Of a DNA stretch of 64,000 nucleotides, positions 13,300 to 25,162 are shown one piece after another; within the stretch, counting starts at the first letter, position 1; every line of letters begins with the position of its first letter. The DNA lies in NCBI RefSeq assembly GCF_006345805.1, contig NC_043009.1, positions 48,546,001 through 48,610,000 on the forward strand, given 5' to 3'. Made by a program: the position numbers and the translations under genes. Below the pieces are notes generated by a model. That model was given only the letters and a program-made list of their open reading frames with translations, was not told the origin of the DNA and searched no databases. The stretch is from Octopus sinensis (taxonomy: Eukaryota).

Positions 13300-13449
13300 C
13301 GTGTGTGTGTGTGTATGTGTGTGTGTATGTATATAAAGTGTGTATCCTTACTAGACGTGTGTCTGTAAACATTACACTTGTCACACGACCTTTCTAAAGG
13401 CTGAGATATTTGAATATAATTTTCTAGAAATAAGCGTAATATATATCTA

Positions 13450-13830
13450 CGCTTAGCCCTATCTGTAAAATTAACGCTGACCCTAAATATTAAACGCAGC
13501 TGTAAACCCTATCCTTAACATTAAGCTCGAAAGCAAAAGCCTCATGTAAACCATAACTCGAGACCTTAACGTCTAAACCTAAAACCTATACCGAAATACC
13601 AACGCTCTGCTAACTCTAAAGATAAATTCCATCATGACACTAAATCTGAGTAAGAAATGTAACTCTAACTAGAAAACTAAAATCCCTAACTCTAATCTCT
13701 AAAGCTAGACCAAACAGTAACTCGAAGTCCAGAGCATAATCCCTAAGTATTTACTCCAACCCTAAACACCAAGACTAAACCTTGAGTTTAACCTTAATCC
13801 TTACCTAAACCAAAATTCCAAACTAGTCTT
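13450..13830. repeat. Degenerate (CCCTAA)-like hexamer tract
   Basis: Recurrent ccctaa/aaccta/actctaa/cttaa variants with rough 6-nt periodicity. Confidence 0.5.
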
Positions 13831-13961
13831 GAAATAAATCTTTACGAAATTCTCATAATTCTTAGAAATAATGATAAATAATACTTCAATAAATAATTAA
13901 TATTAACTAATAAGAAATAATACTAAGTGATAATATTAAAAATTATAAATATTCAGTAATA

Positions 13962-14017
13962 ATAATGATAATAATAACAACAACAACAATAATAATAATA
14001 TAATAATAATAATAATG

Positions 14018-14062
<45 letters not shown>

Positions 14063-14177
14063 TAATAATAATAATAAGGATAATAATAATAATAATAATA
14101 TAATATAATAATAATAATGATAATAATAATAAATAATAATAATAATAATAAGGATAATAATAATAATAATAATAATA

Positions 14178-14247
<70 letters not shown>

Positions 14248-14290
14248 TTCATAATAATAAATAATGAATAAAGAATTCATAATAAATAAA
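13962..14290. repeat. (AAT)n microsatellite, ~330 bp
   Basis: Direct reading. Confidence 0.95.
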
Positions 14291-14974
14291 AATTATAAAT
14301 TCTTTAATAAATAATACTTATAAATTGCATCGTATTTAATGAATATTGTTGAAAATGAAGCGATCTATCTATTATTTTGTTTCGAAACTTTGTTTTTCAG
14401 ATCCGTAAATCCAGGACCCGTGTTTCCTATGTTTAGAAAAGAGATTTTTAAAAAATTTAAAATAGAAAAGATAAAAACTAAAGAGTTATAGTATCGTGAC
14501 CTTTGGTTTGAAAATCTGCTCCTGTACTTTTGAAAATGGTGACACTTATTTATTTTGTTTATTAATGGAAAGTTTTAGTTTGCTTTTCTTTATTTTACCT
14601 TCATGAAAGGCTCTGCCTGAATCAGCGTATCTTTCCTCTTCCTGAAGGCAAATAAATACCTAACAAGGCCAGTCAGTTCGCCTCATTATTCCAGTGGACA
14701 ATGGAAAAGGCGTTCCACCGGAAGATGGCGAGAGAAATAAATGTTAATTGCGGCCAAAAACCGCCTATGACACATATACGACAGGCACAACACAAAAGAA
14801 ATGGACAACATCAAGATACTGATAAATAAATAAGGGGGAGCATTTTGTTTAAAATTGCTGCCATTTGTTTCAAATTATTATTACAGTAACAATACTGCCT
14901 TCATTGTATTGATGTTTCATGGTATCTGATTTAGGTACAAGGATAAAAGTTTTGTGCAGAAGAGGTTAGTTGTC

Positions 14975-15137
14975 GATATCGATCTCAGTACTTGATTAGT
15001 CTTTTATTTGATTGGCCTTGGAAAGATGAATGGTAAATACGATCTGGGCGGAAGATGAATTCAAATTGTAAAGAATCGGAACAAACATCCAAATATTTTT
15101 TCCGACGATCCAACGATTCTGCCATCTCATCGCCTTT
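14975..15137 (-). mobile_element. Degraded SINE family B
   Basis: Ends ...ccaacgattctgccatctcatcgcc, like the reverse complement of the family B head. Confidence 0.5.
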
Positions 15138-15340
15138 CTGTTTCTCTGGCTCATTCTTTCCGTTTGTTTATAATAAATTAATGCAAGAGCCCTTACCATT
15201 ATTATCTGTACAAGCGCGTATTTGCGCGTGCTTTGTGCTTGGACACGTGAATACGGATCGACGTGAGCACATGCACCGGAAGACCGTGCATTAACGTGTA
15301 AGTTTACGTGTTTCTCGTGTGTGCATCTGGGGATATGTGC

Positions 15341-15383
<43 letters not shown>

Positions 15384-15446
15384 AACGGTTCCGTACTGCT
15401 ACTATTTATATCTCGCTCAGAGATTTAATATAGCATTCTTTCTCTG

Positions 15447-15479
<33 letters not shown>

Positions 15480-15491
<12 letters not shown>

Positions 15492-16080
15492 GTATGATAT
15501 TGTATGCGAATGAAAGAAGTGCAACTAAACTCATTTTGTTAATGCGATCAACTATTGAATTATTATTATCATACATTTGCTTCATGCAGCATACAATTCG
15601 TTTTGATAAATTTACTGACAAGCATTTACTATATTGTGTTGTAGCATACTCTATTCATTTCTTTCAATAACAGTTTTTTGTAAAATATATTCTGAGACTC
15701 CTCCTTTCCCCTAGGGATTTCATTCGTGATGGAGAATTAATATGATTTCCTGAGTAGGATTTTATTACAAATCCTTTTACTATTTGTATGGTTAAATCTA
15801 ACCGTCAACTGTTAAAATCCCGGTAGTAATGTCTATGCAAATCACACAGGTCTTGCTGTATGTAAGGAACCAACAACACACGCAAACATCATTCTAAGAA
15901 GAAAATGACTCAATGGGAATATAATGATCTAGGAATTTTGGTGATGAATTTGAAAGTGCTAGCCCTCTAATCAAAGCGGGATGTCACTTGAATATATAGG
16001 AAAAAATATCAGCTTGCTAAAAGAGAGTTGCGTTTGAAATAAGTGTTTAAAGCAAAAGCTACCCTCGCAAGTACATATGC

Positions 16081-16124
<44 letters not shown>

Positions 16125-16324
16125 AACAGACTTTGTTTTAAACATACATATATGTCATATATATGTACGATCGGAGGCGCAATGGCCCAGTGGTTATGGT
16201 AGAGGACTCGCGGTCTTAGATCACGGTTTCGATTCCCAGTGTTTATTGAGCGAAAACGCCTGAAGCTCCGTTAGACATGGCCTGGGCCAATACTGGCCGA
16301 AACCTTTCTAAGTTATTCTAAGTT
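15480..16324 (+). repeat. Tandem duplication, copy 1 (period about 881 bp)
   Basis: Essentially identical to 16360-17206; both copies are bounded by (TA)n. Confidence 0.95.
16176..16271 (+). mobile_element. tRNA-head SINE family C, head fragment
   Basis: ggcgcaatggcccagtggtt (A-box-like) ... ggtttcgattccc (B-box-like); same head as 38579. Confidence 0.75.
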
Positions 16325-16329
16325 AATAT

Positions 16330-16359
<30 letters not shown>

Positions 16360-16372
<13 letters not shown>

Positions 16373-16959
16373 GTATGATATTGTATGCGAATGAAAGAAG
16401 TGCACTAAACTCATTTTGTTAATGCGATCAACTATTGAATTATTATTATCATACATTTGCTTCATGCAGCATACAATTCGTTTTGATAAATTTACTGACA
16501 AGCATTTACTATATTGTGTTGTAGCATACTCTATTCATTTCTTTCAATAACAGTTTTTTGTAAATATATTCTGAGACTCCTCCTTTCCCCTAGGGATTTC
16601 ATTCGTGATGGAGAATTAATATGATTTCCTGAGTAGGATTTTATTACAAATCCTTTTACTATTTGTATGGTTAAATCTAACCGTCAACTGTTAAAATCCC
16701 GGTAGTAATGTCTATGCAAATCACACAGGTCTTGCTGTATGTAAGGAACCAACAACACACGCAAACATCATTCTAAGAAGAAAATGACTCAATGGGAATA
16801 TAATGATCTAGGAATTTTGGTGATGAATTTGAAAGTGCTAGCCCTCTAATCAAAGCGGGATGTCACTTGAATATATAGGAAAAAATATCAGCTTGCTAAA
16901 AGAGAGTTGCGTTTGAAATAAGTGTTTAAAGCAAAAGCTACCCTCGCAAGTACATATGC

Positions 16960-16990
<31 letters not shown>

Positions 16991-17204
16991 GTGTGTGTGT
17001 GTGTGGAACAGACTTTGTTTTAAACATACATATATGTCATATATATGTACGATCGGAGGCGCAATGGCCCAGTGGTTATGGTAGAGGACTCGCGGTCTTA
17101 GATCACGGTTTCGATTCCCAGTGTTTATTGAGCGAAAACGCCTGAAGCTCCGTTAGACATGGCCTGGGCCAATACTGGCCGAAACCTTTCTAAGTTATTC
17201 TAAG

Positions 17205-17206
<2 letters not shown>
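16360..17206 (+). repeat. Tandem duplication, copy 2
   Basis: The differences I found from copy 1 are single-base indels in short runs and a change in the GT tract. Confidence 0.95.
17058..17153 (+). mobile_element. tRNA-head SINE family C, head fragment (duplicated copy)
   Basis: Identical to 16176-16271. Confidence 0.75.
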
Positions 17207-17239
<33 letters not shown>

Positions 17240-17274
17240 AAAAAAGAGATGTCGAACACGAGTGGTGATATATA

Positions 17275-17319
17275 AAAAAGGAAATGAAGAAAATGCGGCA
17301 TTTTCTTCATTTCCTTTTT
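17275..17319. repeat. Perfect palindrome, 22-bp arms with 1-nt spacer
   Basis: aaaaaggaaatgaagaaaatgc-g-gcattttcttcatttccttttt, flanked by (TA)n. Confidence 0.95.
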
Positions 17320-17329
17320 ATATATATAT

Positions 17330-17386
<57 letters not shown>

Positions 17387-17656
17387 TATGTATATGTATA
17401 TATATATGTATGCATGTATGTATGTACGTATGTGTGTGTGAGTGGGTGTGTATGTGTGTATTTGTGTGTGTGCTTGTATATATATATATATATATTTATA
17501 TTTGAAATCCAATGATCCCTTACACGCTTATACAGTTACGAAATTTCACAAATACACTTTCTCAGGGAGATATGACATACCTATTATAATGGGTAATACT
17601 ACATGAACTTTTCATATTTTTTATAGTGTGATGTAACTCTTTGGAATAACAATTTA

Positions 17657-17749
17657 TGCGGCTGAAGAGAGCTTTAAACCCTCTTTTATATCTATTACAC
17701 ACTGATGTAAGAACAGGTCGTTTATAAAGCTTGAAACACGTGTACCGCG
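17657..17749 (+). ncRNA. Type I hammerhead ribozyme motif (Penelope-like pLTR type)
   Basis: Stem I UGCGG(17657-61)/CCGCG(17745-49); core CUGAAGA (17662-68); stem II GAGCUUUA(17669-76)/UAAAGCUU(17725-32); GAAA (17733-36); stem III AC-[ACGU]-GU; cleavage triplet GUA (17742-44). Confidence 0.8.
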
Positions 17750-18732
17750 CCATCCTTTGTGTTCTGTTTTTGATTTTATTTGATATATATATATATACAT
17801 ATATATAAAACTTATATTATTATAGAAATGTTTAGCTTCATCATAGCCAACATAAACCTTATCATCTTTGTCACTATGCCAAGCTTGGGTACGTTAGATT
17901 GGCAGTTTCGTTAGCGCATTGGAATAAATTCTTTACTCTATTTCATTTATCTCTCCATTCTGATTCCAATTCCAGACCCTCTCGCCTATACGATTTGTAT
18001 CTCCGGGGACCGGTAAAATAACATAGTATATACGTATTCGTATCCATAGAATCGATCAGTGCCCCTCTTTTCACAACTGTTTGGCTCTTTGCCTAAACCA
18101 GAAACCAACATCATCTTCGTCATAAACACACTCAGCACCATCAGTATTGTCATTTTCCGCTTCGTCGTCGTCCTACATCTTAACATCGCCGCCATTACAT
18201 TTGTCGCTGCTGCAAATAGGTACATTTCGTTCCCATCTGCATATCATCACCCCCCTCCTATACTCTCGACTCCCTAACACTGCAATCAAATACATTCCAA
18301 GTGATATGAAATATAAAAAGATTATATTTGCTGTGATGAAGAGTTTGTGCTTGAGGAAGGACAACTATAGTACTTGATTATCAACGAAATCCAACGATAT
18401 CATTACACTAACTGGAACATATCATTATGTCACAGAATCGTATAATTTATAGATACATGTATATGCATATATATATATAAATATTTTATATATGCATTTA
18501 TACATATACATATAAATATATGTTTATATATATGTGTATGTGTGTGTGTGTTTGTCTCTGCATATACATTTTTCATATGTATGTATATATGTATGTATGT
18601 AGGTAAGTGTGCATGCAAGTATGTATGCATATGCATAATATATATATATATATATAATATATATATACATACATACACTTATACATACACACATATATAT
18701 GCATATATATTACACACACCCTCTCTCTCATA

Positions 18733-18799
<67 letters not shown>

Positions 18800-18834
18800 A
18801 TGTATATATATGTATATATATATGTATATATATG

Positions 18835-18874
<40 letters not shown>

Positions 18875-20509
18875 TTGATAGATAGATAGATAGATAGACT
18901 CATACATACATTCGTGTGTGTCTATGTCCTGTGTATTTTTGTAGGTGAGTGTATTTTCCTCACACATGCACAGACAAACACACACATATATACGTACATA
19001 CACATAACCATAGCCACCCATATGGGTAGACTTGCAATTACGTGTATACGTATATTTATTTGTATATCCCTTTTTTGTGTACACGTTACTGTTGTACTTA
19101 TTGAATACTCACATTATGATAATAGGTTTCAAAAAAGCATGGACTAATAGGCAAGAAAATGGTAAAATAATTGCACACCATTTTAGATCGATATTAAGGA
19201 TTAATGGTGTATGCCTTCCTACGAGCTCTTTCTATATAATATATCCACATTTTTCATGAGATATCAAGTAGTGGGAAATAAGGGAAACATTAATATTAGC
19301 AGGGAACTTGGCAGATAATAGACGAAAGTAAGAAGTTATTACCAAGTATTAATAAAAATTCATCTGAACGCGGTAATATATGTCCCCGAAGATATAAGTT
19401 AAAAATTTAGTCTTATCAATATTAGTATAGATAGTTTTTTTTTTAGTATTTTCTTCCTGTTATTATTTAATTTCCGGTCAGCTCTGATTGAGCAAGAATT
19501 TGTATGATGACACTCGATCCAACCACGACCATCGCCTCATTTTATTATACTTGTTTTGTTTATGTGCTTGGAGGTACGTGAGTTACAGAGGTTTTGCAGC
19601 TTTATAAACCAGTGTGTGTCATATTTTTTCAAGCTGGCTTCTGTGTGATACGCAGCAGAATATGTCTAGTGTTTCTGGGAATTATAAATGTCTGTATGCA
19701 TATATGTATGTATGTATGCATATATATTATATATATATATATGCATACATTTATGCGTGTGTATAGGAACACGCGCGAGTGTTTTTATGTGTATGCAAGT
19801 GATTATCAACATTGCGATGAAGGATGGCAGGCCGAAACGTCGAAAGCACTGTCCACTGTTCTACGCCTCGACTAATATTCAAAAACTTTTGTTAGATTGG
19901 TTCTGATGGCTATGTTTAAACGAAACACCTTGAAAATTTGCAAGTTTTCTTAAATATTATTCCGTGAGTGATCGTTTAAATTGTTTAAAATTGCTAGGAC
20001 ACTGTGTTTGTAAAATGTTGAGCTATGGAGAAGAGAATGTTTACTTCTTAAGTATATCCGGTATGAATAATCAATTAACATCGGAACTTCCCCTGGATGT
20101 CTCGAATAACAAGTTATCTTCACATTTGAAATAGTAAAATTAATTTAATATGCGTATTTGTATATATGTCTGTGCGATCTTTCCGAGAGCATATGTTCAT
20201 AAATACATAGTTGTGTACATCCCCATATTACTGCACTGTGTGGGAAATATATGTGCCTTCATATGTGTGTGTCGGTATGTGCATACATAAGTGCGTATAT
20301 ATGCGTATTTGTGCTTACATCGTATTTTCGTGCGTGTGAATATGGATAGACTCAGGGACATACGTCCATGAAGTATACTTATATATGTGTGTATGTATAC
20401 GTATGTTTTTAATGCATGGCCATGTTTGTATGCACGTAAATATGTATATCTATGTGATTTTTGCGAATGGAATTCATGCTAGTAATAAATATTGTTCAAG
20501 TTTCGGCAT

Positions 20510-20710
20510 AAGGCGAACAAGATCCAGGAATGGTGTAAGTCGATTACATCGGTCCCCTTTGCTATATTATTACTTATTTTCTCGAGCCTGGGAAGATAAA
20601 AGGAAAAATCGACCTCGGCGGCGTTTGAACTTAGAACGTGAAAGACGGATAAAATGCTGCTGAGTATTTTTCCCGGCGCGCTAACAATTCCACCAGCTCA
20701 CTGCCTTACC
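20510..20710 (-). mobile_element. SINE family B
   Basis: aaaatcgacctcggcggcgtttgaacttagaacg...ccggcgcgctaacaattccaccagctcac. Confidence 0.8.
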
Positions 20711-21054
20711 ATTAAGAAATACTAAAGCTATGTCTAGCTCGAGCGTACTCTTCCAATAGAAATATGAGACATTATAAAACAAATGATAACTGAAACATCA
20801 GACCAGAACTATAAATAGGTGATTGTTGCATCTGGGGTGTTTCGTGTCTTCATGCTCTGCATTTAAATGTCGTCGGGATCAGCTTTCTTTTACATTATTC
20901 TCGGACCAATATATTAACTTTAAGAAATATACCCTGATAAATTCCGTCGATATTAACCTTCTCTTGGAAAATTTCAGGAATTGCCGTGCAATAATGGATC
21001 AATATTAGTACGAAATCAGAATAAATTATTTCATTCTACTATATGCAAAACTGT

Positions 21055-21530
21055 AGGCACATGGCCTAGTAGTTAGAGCAGCGGTCGAGGGATCACGGGT
21101 TCGAATCTCAGAACGGGCGATGTGTGTGTTTATGAACGAAACACCTAAGCTCCACGCGGCTCCGTCAGGTGTTGTGTGGACGCCCCCAGACGATGAAGTA
21201 GGCTAGCCCAATACGTAGATATAGAGGGATAATTCTAGACGTTGGGAGTTGAGTAGAGGTTATCGGAACGTGCGATATAACAGTGGCGACGAGGATTTCG
21301 TACCTCACACAGCCACTGTGTAGTACTGCGATATAACAGAAGGTAATGGCGAACATCTGCTGACTCATACGCCACAACTTTCCGCTACCTCATTCCTCCT
21401 GCATCACGCAGCTTACCTGCAGCAGACCGGCGTTTCCTCCAGGTGGGGAATGCAAATGAAACCGGGAAACCGGCCCTTATGAGCCAGGCATGGCTCGAGA
21501 AGGAACAAACAACTGTATGCAAAAAGCCTG
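21055..21530 (+). mobile_element. SINE family C interrupted by an LTR remnant
   Basis: Head atggcctagtagttag...gggttcgaatctc. The body is split at gctccgtcagg | insert | gaaggtaatggcgaac. Confidence 0.7.
21170..21338 (+). mobile_element. Short LTR (TGT...ACA, 113 bp) + PBS + collapsed interior + last 12 nt of a second LTR
   Basis: tgttg at 21170 ... tgcgatataaca at 21282; TGGCGACGAGGAT at 21284-21296 (PBS-like); tgcgatataaca repeated at 21327-21338. Confidence 0.65.
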
Positions 21531-21925
21531 GAATTTGCAAAAAGGTACTTGTCGATTAATTCGACTCCAGTACTTATTTTATCGACCCCGATGAGAAGAA
21601 AGCAAAGTCGACCTCGGATAAAGACAGGCGAAATGCCGCTAAGCATTTTCTCTGCCGTGCTAACGATTCTGCCAGCTCACCATCTTATAGATTATCGTTA
21701 TTCATAATTATTAAGGTGGTGTGCAGTCAGAATATTTTGAAAGCCGGACAAAATGCTTAGAATCATTGCGCCTCTCTTAACGTTTTGAGTTTAAATATTC
21801 CACTGAGGTCGACTTTGCCTTTTTACCTTTCGAGATCGATAAAATGAGTACCAGTAAAGTACTAAGGTCAATGTAATCGACTAGCTCCCTCCCCGCAAAA
21901 TTTCAGGCCTCGTGCTTAGAGCAGA
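21525..21925. mobile_element. Two divergent SINE family B fragments (minus about 21525-21685, plus about 21710-21925)
   Basis: gcaaagtcgacctcgg...gctaacgattctgccagctcac, then gaggtcgactttgcc...ccgcaaaatttcaggcctcgtgc. Confidence 0.7.
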
Positions 21926-23731
21926 AGACGCCATGAACAATTATAATTCTGATTTAGTCATTGGTCAACTGTAGCCATGTAGACGTAGGGTGTTTCATTT
22001 ATTTGTGCACTCAGTGCATAAATATACTGACAGAATTCAACGGAAAAACATGTCTGTAACTTTTCCTATAAAATTCATGAATCCTCAGACTTTGACATTG
22101 AGGTTCATAACCAGCCTCTTTAGGCATAGCGCGTGGAAAGAGATTGAGATAGCGCTTGTAGAGAGGGAGAGAGAGAGACAGACAGACAGACAGAGAGAGG
22201 TGGGGTCGATATTATTTTTGTGTCCCTTTCGTATTTACAGAAAGGAAGAGTTAAGTTGCAAATTCGGATATGTTGAATGACAGGTTAGAACCGTACCTTT
22301 TGTTTCGAGAAAGAAAGAACAAATATTTGACCATACCAGCAAAGCGTTTGGCAGAATGAACTACTCTGTTCGGCTTTGTATCTGTCTTTGGGAATATTTT
22401 TCACAGATTTCGAGAGCTCGCGTTGTCTTTCGGCCTTTCACCTCTGAGTTACCAAATAATCCTTGATCTCCTCTGACCCAAGATGTCAAGGTCATAGACT
22501 ACATAGGCTACTGGTGTGTGTACATGCTCAGATGTCATGAAAACCGGCCTAAAAGTCAAATACGCACTGTGTGTGAAGGGTATGTTTGGAAGGGAGGAGA
22601 CTAGCTGAGTAAGCTGTAAATAAACCGACACAATCAACGAGAAACAGTGTGTCTTTTCCAAGAAAAATCATGAATTTTCAGGTTTTTGTATCAAGGTCCA
22701 TAATCACCAATCTTTTAAACATGGTGCACGAAGAAAGAGAGAGAATGAAGGATAATATTATCGTTGCCCCCTTATTTACAGAGGGAAAAACTTCCGCTGC
22801 AAATACAGATACGTTGTGTCACTGATTAGTGCCCTATTTTTATGGTCAAAAAACGAAAGAACAAAGATTCAGCCAGAACGGCAAAACATCCGGCAGAATA
22901 AACTACTCTATTTTGAATCCGTATTTACGACCATTTTTCACACATTTCGAGGGAATGCGTTTTTCCTCGGCCTTTCATGTTTTTCCCATCACAATGAACT
23001 AAGTAGCAGCGATAGAATATTCTCAACACAATTGACTATAACCTTTCTCCACAATTCTGTATCCTTTGCCGATGTTATAAATCTATATTATATTAAACCT
23101 TGACGATAATCGCATAAAATAACAGGTTGTTATCAATTAAGAAATACAAAAAGAAACGTATATGTATACGTAGCATATCGTTACGAAACATTGATAAATT
23201 GATATTATTAATATTGTCATAAACACACAAGATAATAGCATTAAATAATAGGGTTTTATCAAGTATTTAAAAATAAAGTAATATATTCATGATGAGAAGA
23301 TATCAAACAAGAAATATTGATGTTATAATATTAACATGAAGTGAATAGTTAATAGTATAAATTAAAGGCCTAATACCGTGTATTATGAATAGCATATCAA
23401 CACATATTGAGAGGGAAAAACTAGTAAGGTTGTTGTTAATACGATAAAGTGAAAGGAGAGCTTCGTGAATTAAAAAGTATTTATCACTCTGATGTATCAT
23501 GTAAGCTATTAGAGGTTGGTTAATACTATGATATCATGTCAATATTTTTCATGAACATCGAGTATTTTTCTTCTTTTTTTTTGGGGGGGGGGGTATAAAT
23601 AAAACATAAGGACATGAAGTAAAGATAAATGCGTTGAATACATACGAATCTAATGATAATTGTCAGGATGATGATCAAGATAATTATGATGATGATGGTT
23701 ATTATGACGACGACCACGACGACGATGATGA

Positions 23732-23772
<41 letters not shown>

Positions 23773-23775
23773 TAC

Positions 23776-23821
<46 letters not shown>

Positions 23822-23826
<5 letters not shown>

Positions 23827-24516
23827 TTTCATTATTTGCCTCTAGGGCGAAGGATGAGGGGGAATAATACAAAGACAGACATAAAGAGTGGGGGTTTACA
23901 TATAATGAGATGACAAGAAAAAGAAAAGGGAAGAAAGTAAGTAAGTAAGTATACACGGTATACACTGAAAAAGAAGGGACATATGCATAGTATAGCATAC
24001 AAAGGTTAAAAAAGGGTGGCGGGGAGGATGATAGAGATGGGGTCCTCCTTGTACAGGAAGGCCTGTAGGTAAAATCGAGGAATCCCACGGTCTGAGATTT
24101 CCCTGAAACCTCAGAAGCAAGGGCCCTCTTCAATTCCTTCTCTCTGACTTACAGGTCTACACTTAGAGAATTACAATCCACTCTTGCCATTTTCGCAACT
24201 TTCACCCACCATTCAGTAAGCTCACTCGAGGACAGCACTTCCCCTCCACTCTCAATTTCCTTTTCAAGTTGAACTTGAAGGAGTCGAGGAGAGTTCTACC
24301 AAAGGGGAATGTATGTGTCCAACTTCTTTCCCCGCAGCCACCAGGCAAGGAAAACACTGCCTTGCCTGCCCGATTGGAGGTGGTGGTGGCGCAATTTTCA
24401 CTACAGACTAGCCAATTCGTTCCCGTCGGTGCTCAGATTTTCCTCGAGAACGTCGTCACACTTCCACGCCACTGATCTTCTATAAATTCCTAAAGTAGAA
24501 CATCTACCGATCCCAT
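23822..24516 (-). mobile_element. 3' end of an L1/Tx1-like LINE (ORF2 C-terminus + 3' UTR)
   Basis: Minus strand across frameshifts: VVKIAPPPP..CFPCLVAAGKE, GRTLLDSFKFNLKRKLRVE, EVLSSSELTEWWVKVAKMARVDCNSLSVDL*, then a pyrimidine-rich UTR ending aaataatgaaatc(att)n. Clade call is by recognition only. Confidence 0.5.
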
Positions 24517-24527
24517 TAATAATAATA

Positions 24528-24563
<36 letters not shown>

Positions 24564-24585
24564 GTGATAATAATAATAATAATAA

Positions 24586-25128
24586 ATGCCCTGATGCAGT
24601 ACCATGGCTTCTGATCTTAACTGATTGGAAGTGTTATCATGTACACTGTTTTGTCTTGGTATAAAAGATGGGCTACAACAAATATTCTGCTCAATACCAC
24701 AGATTTGCTTGTCAGTTGTTTGACCTTAACCAGTTGAGCATGTCCCTTAGTGGCTGACGATATGTGCATCTCTGATCACGAGCAGAAGTAGTGGGGGAGC
24801 ATCATAGCCATGTGTTGAGAGGGATTCTTTGGGGTTTGAATAGTTCACCTCTGGAAACATGGGTGGTTCTTTCAACATCCTTAAACAACCCTTACTCGGG
24901 GACCGTTTGAGCGGGATGGGCCACTCAACCTGAAGAAAATTCTAACTGGGCCCCACCTGCAAGGTCATGTGCTGTTTATCTTGACATTAGATCACCATGT
25001 CGCACACAGATGGTTGTGATGCATGTGCCTGGTGTACCCTTATCAGACAGGTAGTCATGATGGGTTATACTGGGCTTCGTAAATTTTACCCCAGTGTAAC
25101 GTTGATGGCATGCACTGCTCTCTCACTC
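24586..25128. mobile_element. ~540-bp interspersed repeat (family D), full copy 1
   Basis: Highly similar to 25163-25530 and 54889-55440; flanked by (AAT)n; no ORF. Confidence 0.85.
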
Positions 25129-25162
25129 AATAATAATAATATAATAATAATAATAATAATAA

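Noticed and set aside
14599-14641. 43-nt minus-strand exon-like segment (ccttcag...AAG/gtaaaa)
   Set aside because: No recognisable peptide, and the phase-1 frame needed to join the other candidates hits a stop.
16278-16310. GGCCA-atac-TGGCC-GAAAC resembling hammerhead stem II
   Set aside because: CUGANGA is absent (only CTG precedes it), and stems I and III do not close.
19812-19850. gcgatgaagg...gccgaaacgtcg hammerhead-like string
   Set aside because: The core is broken (no CUGA) and stem I does not pair. At best a dead Penelope-type remnant.
22460-22610. Short frame DYIGYWCVYMLRCHENRPKSQI resembling an RTE tail
   Set aside because: The similarity is too weak to call without a search.
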